64,000 nt of DNA, taken from NCBI RefSeq assembly GCF_009914755.1, contig NC_060937.1; one strand, 5' to 3'. The position numbers were made by a program, and so were the translations under genes. Positions 25,015 to 35,866 of the stretch are shown in pieces. Source of the stretch: the human T2T-CHM13v2.0 reference genome, Homo sapiens. Under the pieces are notes generated by a model. The model did not search any database. It saw only the letters and a program-made list of their open reading frames with translations, and had not been told where the DNA came from. How positions within the stretch are numbered: the first letter of the stretch is position 1; each line of letters begins with the position of its first letter.

Positions 25015-27334
25015 AATTTTTCATTCTATTCTGAAATAAGGATAAATTCACAGGAAGTTGCAAAGACATGTACACGGAGGCGGCAGATGCCCAAACCCTG
25101 CCTTCCTCAGTGGAGGCTTTTGCATGCCCGTAGGACAATATCGAAACCAGGACACTGACAAGGGCACCCTTCAAGGCCTCATTTCAATTTCACCAGTTGT
25201 GCACGACACATTTCTGGTGTGAACACAATTCTATGCCATTGCCTCACGTGAGCCTCAATCAAGCTATTTTATGGCACCATCCCCGGCAGATGAATCACCC
25301 CATATCACACAGTATGTGCTTTTTGAGGTTGAACCATGTCACACAATCTTCTTGAGGTTCACCCAGTTTTTGTATGTATGAATGATTTGTTCCTTTGCAT
25401 TGCTAAGTAGTAATCTATGCTGTGGATACATGTTGGTGACCATTCACCCACTGGAAGGTGCTTGGATTGTTTTCAGTTTGGGCTTCTCTTGTATAAAGCT
25501 GCTACGGCCATTCATGTCTAGGTTTTGTATGTACCTAAGTTTCTTTGGAATACACGCCTAGAAGCACAGTTGCTGGGTTATATGGGAAGTTGATTTCAGT
25601 TTTTAAAGAAACTATCCAACTATTTTCCAGAGTAGCTGTACCATTTTACATTCCTGCCATTAATGTATAAGTGACCCAGTTTTACCTCATCCTCACCAAC
25701 CTTTGGTATTATTATTTTTGTTTTCAGTACTGTGATAAATATACAGTGATTGTGGTTTTAATTTTCGTTTTCCTAATAGCTGATAATGTTGAACTTCTAT
25801 TCATGTACTTATTTGAATGTCCTCCTGGTGAAATATCTATTCATGTCTTTTGCCCATTTGCTCATTATATTGAATTTTGAGATTTCTTTCTATATTTTAA
25901 TGCAAGCTCTTTGCCAGGTATATCATTTGCAAATATTTTATCTTGGTCTTTTCTCATCCTCTTGACATTTAAAAAAAAGTTGATGAGTTCTAATTTTTCA
26001 ATTTTTTCCTTGCTTTTGGTATCAAGTCTAAGCATTCTTTGACCAGCCCTACCTAAGTCCTGAAGATTTTCTCTTGTAATTATTTTTTCCTAAAAGTTTT
26101 AGAGTTTTATATTTTACCTTAAGCCTGTGATCTATTTTGAGTTAATTTGTGTGTAAGATGTGAAGTTTGGATCAAGGTCCATTTTTTGTACCTATGAATG
26201 TCCAATGGTTCCAGCACCATTTGTTGAAAAGGCTGTCCCTCCTTCATTAAGTTGCTTCTACACTTTTATCAAAAATCTGTTGGGTGTATTTGTGTGTGTC
26301 TATATCTGGATTCTTTGCCCTGTTCCACTGATCCATGTGTCTGCCCCTCTGCCAACACCACACTTGATTACTATGGATATGGTGTGTCTCCAAATCTGGT
26401 AGACTCTTTCCTTCTACTTTATTCTTCTTTTTCAAAATTCTTTTGGCTATTCTAGGACATTCCTATTTTCATATATATATATATTTTAGAATAGGCTCAT
26501 CTATGTTTACGAAAAAAAGTGCTAGGATTTAAATAGCAATTATATTAAACCTATACATCCACTTGGAAATATTTGACATTTTCACTATGTTAAGTCTTCT
26601 AATCCGTAAACGTAGTATGTCTCTCCAATTATTTAGGTCTTTTAAAATTCATTTCTTCATACGTATTCTGTACATCTTTCTTCCTTTGGAGCAATTATAA
26701 ATGGTATTAAATTTCTGCTTTTGGTTTCCACTTGTTTATTGTTAGTTTATAAAAATGCAACTGATTTTTGTATTATATCCTAAAACCATGTTGAACTCAT
26801 TTATTAGTTCTAAGAGTTTTTGCAGATTCCTGGAATTTTCTATACGGAAAGTCATCTGCAAATATAGACCGTTTTCTTTTTTCCTTTCAATCTATATGCC
26901 TTTCATTTTCCTTTCTTGCCTTATTGTCCTGACTAGAACTTCTACTACTAGGCTGAATAAGAGCAGTGAAAGCCGACATTTTTGCCTTTTGCTAAACTCA
27001 AAAAGAAAGCATTCAGTCTTTTACCATTAAGCATGATTAGCTGCGGATTTTTTTGTAGGTACTGTCTACACAGTTTATGAAGTTCCACTGTATCCATTGT
27101 TTGCTCAGAATTCTTATCATAAGTAGGTATTAGATTTTATCAAGTCCTTTTTCTGCATCAATTAGTATGAGCATGTGATTTTTCTGTAGCCTGTTGATGT
27201 GGTGGATGACACTGATTTATTTTTGGATATTGATATCGAAAAATACTTTGCATACTTAAAATAAATCCCACTTGGCCATGGTGTATTATTATTTTTGTGC
27301 AATTCTGGATTTGGTTGGCATATATATAAATACA

Positions 27335-27392
<58 letters not shown>

Positions 27393-27625
27393 ATCCAAGT
27401 TCATTAGAAACATTGGTTTGTAGTCTTATGTTTGGCTGATTTGGTTATCACAGTACTACTGGCCTCATAAAATGAGTTGTTCCTTCCTGTTCTATTTTCT
27501 GGAGAAGATTGTGTAAAATTGGTTTTAATTCTCCTTTAAATCTTTGTAAGATCCTTCAGTGAAACCATCTGGGCATGGATATTTCTTTTTCTAGAGTTTT
27601 AAAATTACAAATTCAGTTCTTTAAA
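25015..27625 (-). mobile_element. Degraded 5'-truncated L1 (L1MC-like)
   Basis: Antisense 3' end TTCTGAAATAAGGATAAATTCACAGGAAGTTGCAAA...CAATATCGAAACCAGGA. ORF 26247-26435(-) KKKNKVEGKSLPDL...WCWQRGRHMDQWNR...IFDK matches L1 ORF2p C-terminal region. Many stops and frameshifts. Confidence 0.92.
27335..27389. repeat. Compound (TG)n(TA)n microsatellite inside the L1
   Basis: TGTGTGTGTGTGTGTG followed by ~19 TA units. Confidence 0.95.
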
Positions 27626-29854
27626 AGGTATAATACTACACATGTTTTCATCTTTGAAATGCCAGAGGCAGACTCTATGAGAGCTTCTTCAGTAAGAAGC
27701 ACAGGTTTGTGGCGGGGTGAAGGAATGAGAAATGTAGATGACGTGGACCAGTGCTGCCATGATCCTGACATTCCTCACTTACAAAACAGTCCATTTATTG
27801 AATGCAGCATTGATGCAGAAGTTCACCTTTCTCCTTATATATTATATTCTTAAGACATTTTTGATATTATTTGGATAAACTCCATCGTTTCTTATTTCTC
27901 TTACTCTTTTAAAAATCTTGAACCCTTACAGGATAGAAATACTTGTGGTTTTAACCTAGTTTCCACTCTCTCTCTTTTTTCCTCCCTCTATTATATTTAG
28001 AAGTGTTTCCAAAGTTGATTTCTTTGCTTGAGTTTGTTACACAAAGCAAGCATCTGCCCCAGTAACTAATGGAAGCTAAAAATCGATTCCCGGCAACGTC
28101 CCTGTTTGTGTGAAGTAAAGTTTTAAACCATCCACGTTATGGCAGCAAATGAATCTCAAGATCCCCCATGACCTATAGCAATGTCAGTCAAGGGAGCCCG
28201 AGTTAGAAAGTGTAATGCTTCTGGAGCGTAATGTCTCCTTTCTAAGGCTGCTTAAAAACATCTGTGGGAAATAGAAGGCTACGAGGATACTCTCTGTACC
28301 TGGTACGCTGGCTACTGGTATGTGGCACTTGACAATTCCTTTCCCTCTGGGATCTAGAAACATACTTGCCACCAGGTAACATTTATAAAGGGCTTTTGTG
28401 TGCATTATTTCAAAAATATGTTTTTTTATTTAGCTCGGAGAGAGATACAAATTATGTCATCAAGACCCATGGTAAGATAATTTGTCTTTATCAAATATAC
28501 CTTGCAAATGTTCCAAATGTATTTTACATTTTTCATGAGAAACAGATACCCCACAGAACCTCGTTTGATTGGCCATGATGGTGAAGTTGGGTGGTTATTG
28601 TGGAGGTGTGGGGTGCACACACAGGAGAACGTAGAGTCAGGGGCCACTTGTGGCCTGGCTTGGCTTGCTGTTTGTAGGAGCAAGAGACTGTCCAGATCCT
28701 GATAGGGTGCCTCACCCACCCTGCAGAGCCAAAGGCAAAAGCGGGCACTGCTGGCTTCACCATATGGAATAATCTGACAAGAAAGCCTCCCATTATTTAG
28801 AAGTGCATTATTGTCAGTAAATAAAATGCCCTCATCTCGGTGTTTTTAATGTTAAGGGAGAAGGATATGGCATTAATCACTCACATCCTAAAGCAGATCA
28901 CGTGTCCCTGAAAGCAGCCTCTGTGTAAGAGCAAATTCAGATTTTATCGATGATTTCTCTTTGGACTGCTATTTATTTTACCTTCAGAATCTGTGAAATG
29001 CTGCTGATCTTTTTATTTCTTATGGGATGAGCAATTGCAGCCTTAAGAGACATTTAAATAATGCTTAATTTTTAAAGCAAAAGAATTAGACAAATGGATG
29101 TGTTCAGCCCAGACTTCAGATCAGGTTTCTGTTTTTCAAGCTTAATGTGTGATATTAGCCTATTAAATGGCATTTCTTTATTTGATATATTCTCTATCCC
29201 CATTAGATGTCATTTCCATTGATGTTTTGTATTGTTTGCGTGTTAGCGCTTCCTGTGTTAAACTACGGGGCTGAAGGGAGGAAATAATTAGATTTATGGC
29301 TTTGTACTTGTAGTTTTCAATTTAAAGGTCTATTCAAAAATAACTCATGCTTTAGTACACACACAGCTATTTTCTATTTAAATTAGCTTATCAAAGCGAA
29401 ATATCTGCTTTTGCAATTTTTCTGGAGATGAAGAAAGCAGGTGCCCAGTTCCTCCCCTCAGTGGAAACATGACTTGAGATTTTCCATAGCAATAAGCACC
29501 CTTAAACATCATAGGCAGCATTAGCATAATTAATGATGATTTTTTATATAATTTCTTAATACTCAAGCTTTTCTAGGGCAGCTGGAAGGAGATGACTTCC
29601 CTAGTGGCCGGTCTTGAGGCCTCTTGCGGGATGCTGCCCTAACAGCCCCTCACCTGGAAGAATGTGCTGGAGCTGGGGGCTCAGAGCAGCCTGTGGTCAT
29701 GTTACACCTGAGGCTGAAATACAGATCCAACACTGAAGACTATGGGAAAAGGGGCCACCACCATCTTTGGTGGTGTCACGGCTCTAAGCATTTGTTCTAC
29801 CTGCTGGCTGACTCTAGACTCTCTTTTTACGGGGTTAACATTAATAGTTTTAAT

Positions 29855-30192
29855 GGCTGGGTGTGGTGGATCACACCTGTAATCTCACTACTGTGGGAGG
29901 CCAAGACAGGTGCATTGCTTGAGATCAGGAGTTCAAGACCAGCCTGGCCACATGGTGAAACCCCGTCTCTACTAAAATATATATATATATATGCACAAAA
30001 ATTAGCCAGGCGTGGTGGTGGCACACACCTGTAATCCCAGCTATTGGGGAGGCTGAAGCAGGAGAATCACTTGAACCCAGGAGCAGAGGTTGCAGTGAGC
30101 TGAGATCGTGCCACTGCACTCCAGCCTGGGTGACAGAGCAAGATTCCATCCCCAAAAAAACAAAAACAAAAACAAAAGAAACAAAAAAAAAA
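29855..30192 (+). mobile_element. Alu (AluS/J age) with (TA)n in the central linker
   Basis: GGCTGGGTGTGGTGGATCACACCTGTAATC...CCACTGCACTCCAGCCTGGGTGACAGAG plus (CAAAA)n tail. Degenerate TSD ATTAATAGTTT/ATTAGTAGTTT. Confidence 0.95.
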
Positions 30193-30214
30193 TTAGTAGT
30201 TTAAGATGATGGCC

Positions 30215-30625
30215 TTCTCAGCCACCTGGCCTTGGGGTTCGGCCCCAGTTCTACTGCTTCTAGCTGTTGTACTCTGGGGGATCTATTTTAGCTCCTTGAG
30301 TCTGTTACCTAGGTTTTAAAATGTGGACAACAGTGTCAACTTCACATGGACTGGAGAGGATGCAGACAACCCCAGCACATAGTATGTGCTCATTAAGTGA
30401 CGGTGACCATTTGTTTGCAGGTGTATTCATGGCGCAAACAACATAAAAGATTCCACTTCCCACAGAACATATTGAATATTGGCAATGGCTTTCTGAACAT
30501 GTCTGGAGCCAGCACTTACCCACTGTTTGGTTTGGTCTGCTCACTTGGTGTCTTTGCGCTTGACATTCTTTATTTGCAAAATGGATGTAAAAAATGCCTA
30601 CCTCGAGGGCTGTAATGAACATTCT
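30215..30625 (+). mobile_element. Two MIR fragments
   Basis: CTACTGCTTCTAGCTGTTGTAC...TAAAATGTGGACAACAG...CAGCACATAGTATGTGCTCATTAA and TTTATTTGCAAAATGGATGTAAAAAATGCCTACCTC. Confidence 0.5.
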
Positions 30626-31364
30626 AGGTATTTCATGTCACGAGCTGGTCAACTCTTGGGAGCTGTGGCCACATGCCTGGCAGGTGAAGGACCTTACTGT
30701 GCAATGGCACCTTTATGGTATCCCATGATGATTTTATTTTCCCATCTGACAGGTGAAGCTATTGAGGGACAGATGTTGATATGGCCTGGGTAGAACTGGG
30801 TCTGCTGGGCGGGGACCCTGAAACGGCACCTGCTGCAGGCATTGCTGTTCCCTGTGTATCCAGGAAGATGGAGGTGCTCATTGTAGCCATGTGCACAGCA
30901 CTCACAAAGTCTATCGTCTTCCCAGCTCTGCCTGGGTTTCCCCTCCCTGTTCTCTCCCAGGGTCCCAAATGACAGGGATGAGATTAAACCATGACTCTAT
31001 ATCTATGTTCCAGAGAGCAATGTTGGCCCCAATCCTTCCTGATTAACTTCAGCTCCTTTACAAGCATGCAACAATTATAGTGTAGGAGATGATGAGAATT
31101 CCAGTAGAACATAGGAATTTCAAAATAATTCAGGGGCTCAATGCCTCTTGCAAACTAAAAGTAATTAAAGACATAAATATCAGAAGATCTATTATGTTAA
31201 TATACAAATCGCTCAGTTAGAAAGTTCATCTGGCGAAATGGCTTCGGTTTTAGGAAGCACTGTTCAACATGTGGCAGGAGGTGAAACGAGTTTTACTGAA
31301 GATGTTGATATCTTCAGAAGCCACATGTTCGATGGCAAACAGTATTAAATAAGTCGTGTGGGAG

Positions 31365-31565
31365 CCCTCTGACTTCACCGCTTCCTGGCTGTGTAGCCTG
31401 AGACGGTGTAACCTGTGATTTAATCTCTTAAAGCTTTAGGCTCCATATCTGTGAAATGGGATAATGCCACCTCACCTGGATTATGAGGATTAAATGAAAT
31501 CATGTGTATAAATACATGTAAAGCGTGCACTTCAGACCTCAGCACAGCATGGGTATTTAAGAATT
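31365..31565 (+). mobile_element. MIR
   Basis: CTTCCTGGCTGTGTAGCCTG...CATATCTGTGAAATGGGATAATGCCACCTCAC...TATGAGGATTAAATGAAAT...ATGTAAAGCG. Confidence 0.7.
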
Positions 31566-33067
31566 ACACCCTTCTCTGTTCCTATGACTATGGGGAAAAA
31601 GCAAAAGCATTTTGTAGTTTATTAAACATCCTGTCCATTAACATATTTCTGACTCTGGGTTTTGAAATCCTGTACACATCCCCTCCAAGGCACCTTTCAT
31701 CTTCCAGAACCCCCAAGCGTTTAGAAATCTAGCAAATGAAGATAACCCACCATTGATTCGCGGAGGCCACTAATCCACTCCTAGAACACGGCCACCTCTG
31801 GGTAAACAGATCAACAAACATTTATCAGCTACATAACACCTCCGTTAAATTCAGTGGAACCCTTTCATAGCGTTTCTTACAGGACGGAGATAAGAAAGTG
31901 GTGCATGGCGGTTCAGTTTCACCTGTGTCTGTTTACCCAGGTCTTTAGAAGATAAATACTGCAATCAGGGAGTCAAATATTAGGCAATTATAAGACTTCA
32001 GAGACTCGAAGATGAATTCAGTCCCTTTCTCTCCAGTCGGGTGATGGATTTAAATCAGAAACAATAATCTTGCCCCAAAAGGGAGTTGCACTCCCTTCTG
32101 GACTAAGACAGCACGGGATGAGGAAGCTGTGTCTTCTCTTTGCTTGTGTGTGTGTCTCCTCAGGTAAACTGGGGGCTCATCAAAGATGGGTGCAGCTTAG
32201 CAGCACCATCCCTGCCCTTGGGTAATTATGAAAATTCTTGTGTGGACTTGCAGCAGGTGGCATGGGCCCTTGGAGCACCTAGTTCATTCCATCTCTCTCC
32301 CCTCTAATCTACTGTTGTACATCAGCCCCTGTATTAATGCTGAAACACCTACATTCTTCCACACACAGACCTGTGGCAGGGTTGCCAGAGTTTCCAAAAA
32401 AGACAGAGTGCCTGCAAATCCACTTGACTGGATATTTGTGATCATGCTTTCACTTTGCTTCCTTGAGTCACTTAACTCTGGAGGGCTCTCATTTCTCAAT
32501 ATGTGGAATTGGGTCGATAGCCAATGACCCCATGCTTTGCAGGCTGCTGATGCGATGTCGGCAGTCACACCTGAGCGTGGCAGCCAGGTGCTGAGCTGAT
32601 GCAATGGGGCCAGCTTCTGATGAGACTGGTGCGGGTTGTGCAGGCTGCTGCCCTCAGCCGTGAGCAAGAAGAGGACCTCTCAAGGGGCAGGACAGAGCCC
32701 TAGGTCTGGATTTCGGTTCCTCTAGATTTATCATTTTCTGATGATGGCGGCTGTTACTGGGAAGCATGAGAAGCAGGGAACAGCTCCCCAGAAAAATAGG
32801 GTACTGGATCCCCAGTGTGTAGATGCTGGTGGGAATAATGAGGGTCTTCAGAGACGTGAATGAGCCTCATGGTTAAGGCAAAGGGGGAGAGGGGTAACAC
32901 AAAGGAGGAGAAAAGGAGAACAAAAACCTCAGAAGACCAGGACATGAAAAGCAGCAAGATGTAGGAAAGGTGGATTGGAGAGGAGAGATGGGGAGTGAAG
33001 ATGGAGGAAGGGCATTAGAGCCAGAACAGGCAGCGGGGCTGAAATCACAGCTGCTTTGTCATAGCTT

Positions 33068-33270
33068 CCCTTTATGAGAACATATTAAATACCAGGCACC
33101 ATGCTGAGTACCTCACATATGGAGTCTCACGGCCTCCCCAACAAGCCCATGAGGTGGATATTATGGTCCAGACTTTACGGTGAGGAAACCACGTCTCAAA
33201 GAATGGAGTTTCCAGCGTTGCACAGCTGCTAAGGGACAGGGGCAGAATTCACAGCCGGATCTGTCCCGCC
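33068..33270 (-). mobile_element. MIR
   Basis: CCAGGCACCATGCTGAGTAC...CAACAAGCCCATGAGGTGGATATTAT...TTTACGGTGAGGAAAC. Confidence 0.7.
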
Positions 33271-33310
33271 TGCCCACTGGCCTTGCCATTGCACAGAATA
33301 TGGTCTGCAT

Positions 33311-33531
33311 CAGAGGTGGCAAATGTTTTCTGTACAGAGCTAGGTAGTCATGCTTTTGAGCTTTACTTGTCTCATAATCTCTCTTAACAGCTTCTTAACC
33401 CTATTTATGTAGCCCCAAAGGAGCTGCAGGCATATATAAATGAATGGTCATAGCTGTGCACCAATAAAACTTTATTTACAAAACAGGCAGTGGGCCAGAG
33501 TTGGCCTGAGAGCCTAATTTGCTGTGGCCTG
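33311..33531. mobile_element. MER58A hAT-Charlie MITE
   Basis: CAGAGGTGGCAAATGTTTTCTGTA...CCAATAAAACTTTATTTACAAAACAGGCAGTGGGCCAG...TTTGCTGTGGCCTG. 8-bp TSD GTCTGCAT/GTTTACAT. Confidence 0.88.
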
Positions 33532-34329
33532 GTTTACATAAAAGTGAGCAGCTCCACTGCAGGAAGGGGGTTCAGTATCCCCTGAGGGTAACAGAAAGAG
33601 GATAGCGTAGGAGACCGAGGAGCAAGTTTATTAGAGACAAGACAAGGTGATGCTGTGGCTACCAGCAGGTTATGATGACGGTGATTCTTATCGCAGTTTA
33701 AAACTTTCATAATCATTTGTGCTCCTAAACATTTTTCCTATACTTAAAAAATATAAATTAACTAACTCAGTGTCCTTGATTGAGTATTTTCTGTCCTAAG
33801 CCCCAGTCCCCAGTATCTTCTCCTATTCCCAGTGTTCTCCCCAGAAGCTGTTCAGTCCCGCACCTTCCTGAGATGTGCTCGGGAGGCTCCCAGGAGGGAG
33901 CTCAGCCCCAACTGAGGGGCGATGCAGAGCTGAGCTTGTGCAGGTTTTATTCCCAGCTCGGAGCTCTTGTGATCGCTCTCTCTTTTGTAGGGTTGGGAGT
34001 CAAGAGAATTGTTCTAAGTCTTCTATGTTTTCTATACAAATATCAAATGTGAGCAGGAACGATTTTTCAGCCAGTGAAAGTGACCTGATGAAATTTTGGG
34101 ATTGGTGTGTGTGTGCACTTTCTGCTTGTCTGAAGCACTCTGCTACAGGTACTTTTATAATTCCTTCTTGCTGACAGTAAAAGACCTTGAAAATGAAACA
34201 GGGAGGTGGTATATCAGCACAAACTTGACCTTTCAGTTGCAAAGCACTGACCTGCATCAACAGTTTGAAGAAAACTATGGAAGACCATGCCTCTCATCCA
34301 ATGAGGAAGCAACTCAAGGGTGCAGCGGC

Positions 34330-34940
34330 CACCGTGGCCGCCGCGGCCACCCAGTAGAACCTGCAGCCTCACCCCGTGCCCTTGAAGGGCGCTCCAGAAA
34401 TCTCACCATCACCACTGGCAGCCACTGCGGCCGCCCAGGAGTAGAACCTCTGCAGCCTCACCCTGTGCCCACGAAGGGGGCTCCAGAAACGTCACCATCA
34501 CCACTGGCAGCCACCGCGGCCACCCAGGAGTAGAACCTGCAGCCTTACCCCGTGCCCACGAAGGGCGCTCCAGAAACGTCACCATCACCACTGGCAGCCA
34601 CCGTGGCCGCCCAGGAGTAGAACCTGCAGCCTTACCCCGTGCCCACGAAGGGCGCTCCAGAAACGTCACCATCACCACTGGCAGCCACTGCGGCCGCCCA
34701 GGAGTAGAACCTGCAGCCTCACCCCGTGCCCACGAAGGGTGCTCCAGAGACTTCACCATCACCACTGGCAGCCACTGCAGCTGCCCGGGAGTAGAACCTG
34801 CAACCTCACTCCGTGCCCACGAAGCGTGCTCCAGAAACTTCGCCATCACCACTGGCAGCCACCGCGGCTGCCCAGGAGTAGAACCTGCAGCCTCACTCCG
34901 TGCCCAGGAAGGATGCTCCAGAAACTTCACCATCACCACT
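34330..34940. repeat. 87-bp CpG-rich minisatellite, 7 copies
   Basis: GTAGAACC recurs at 34354, 34441, 34530, 34617, 34704, 34791 and 34878. Unit GCAGCCACCGCGGCCGCCCAGGAGTAGAACCTGCAGCCTCACCCCGTGCCCACGAAGGGCGCTCCAGAAACGTCACCATCACCACTG. Confidence 0.96.
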
Positions 34941-35547
34941 TTACCTCTTCCTCTCACCTCTGTCCCTCAGCAGCACCAAGAAAGACTTCTTTTTGTCTTG
35001 AAGTGTCTCCTCTGAGCCTCCTCCTTCCTCATAGTTTCACCTCTGCCCAGCAGTCACGCCTCAGCCTTGCTATGTCCATGAGAGCACACCTGTGAAGCCT
35101 GAGGGCATCATCAGAGATGAGGCGTGGTCTGTCCAAAATGCCTGGAGAGTCTCCTGGCTCCTGGAATGCAAACATGCAGCAGAAAGCTGATTGCCGAAAG
35201 ACACTGGGAGTTTATGCCAGCAACCAGACCTTCACAAAAGACTAGCAACCTCTTTACTCTCATTTCTGCTTTTACTGTCTGCCCTAGTTGCATGGACTTG
35301 TTAGCAGCCTCTTTGAGGACTAGAAAAGATCGTCTCATGATGTCCAGCAGGAAGCCAGACATCCTGTAAGATGTGTGCTCCAATTTCCATCAACCATGAA
35401 AAGATTAGGCTAGGTGAGTTTTGGGGAGTAGAAAACCCACATCTAGCTTTTTTCTAAGCACAGGTACCACTTTCAGGTCATCGGCATAGCATCCTTACCT
35501 TAGAACCAGGAAGTTCCAGTTTGTCAAAGCCCTGCTAACCATCAGAG

Positions 35548-35866
35548 CAGGGGCCAACTCATGGTAGCCCACACCTGGCTTTGTACGGCTGGTGATCTCA
35601 GAATGGTCTCTCCATTTTTAAGTGGTTGGAAAACAAATTACAAGAAGCATGGTATCTCATGACACATGAAATTTATATAAAATTCAAATTTCAATGTTCC
35701 TAAATAAAGTTTGACTGGAACAACCCCACACCCAAGCATTTGCATATCTGGGGCTGCTTTTGAGCTGCACTGGCAGCACTGAGTAGCCACAATGGAGACT
35801 GTGTGGCCTGAGAAGCCAAAACTATTTATTACTTCTTTTTTCAGAGAAGAAGTTTGCTGACGCCTG
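35548..35866. mobile_element. MER58B hAT-Charlie MITE (opposite orientation to the MER58A)
   Basis: AGAATGGTCTCTCCATTTTTAAGTGGTTGGAAAA...AAATTCAAATTTCAATGTTCCTAAATAAAGTTT...AAGTTTGCTGACGCCTG. TSD CATCAGAG/CACTAGAG. Confidence 0.88.

Noticed and set aside
26247-26435. ORF with reverse-transcriptase-protein similarity
   Set aside because: Fragment of decayed L1 ORF2, not a functional gene.
33311-35866. Composite transposon formed by MER58A and MER58B flanking the 87-bp VNTR
   Set aside because: Each MITE has its own 8-bp TSD and the outer flanks (GTCTGCAT vs CACTAGAG) do not match. Independent insertions.
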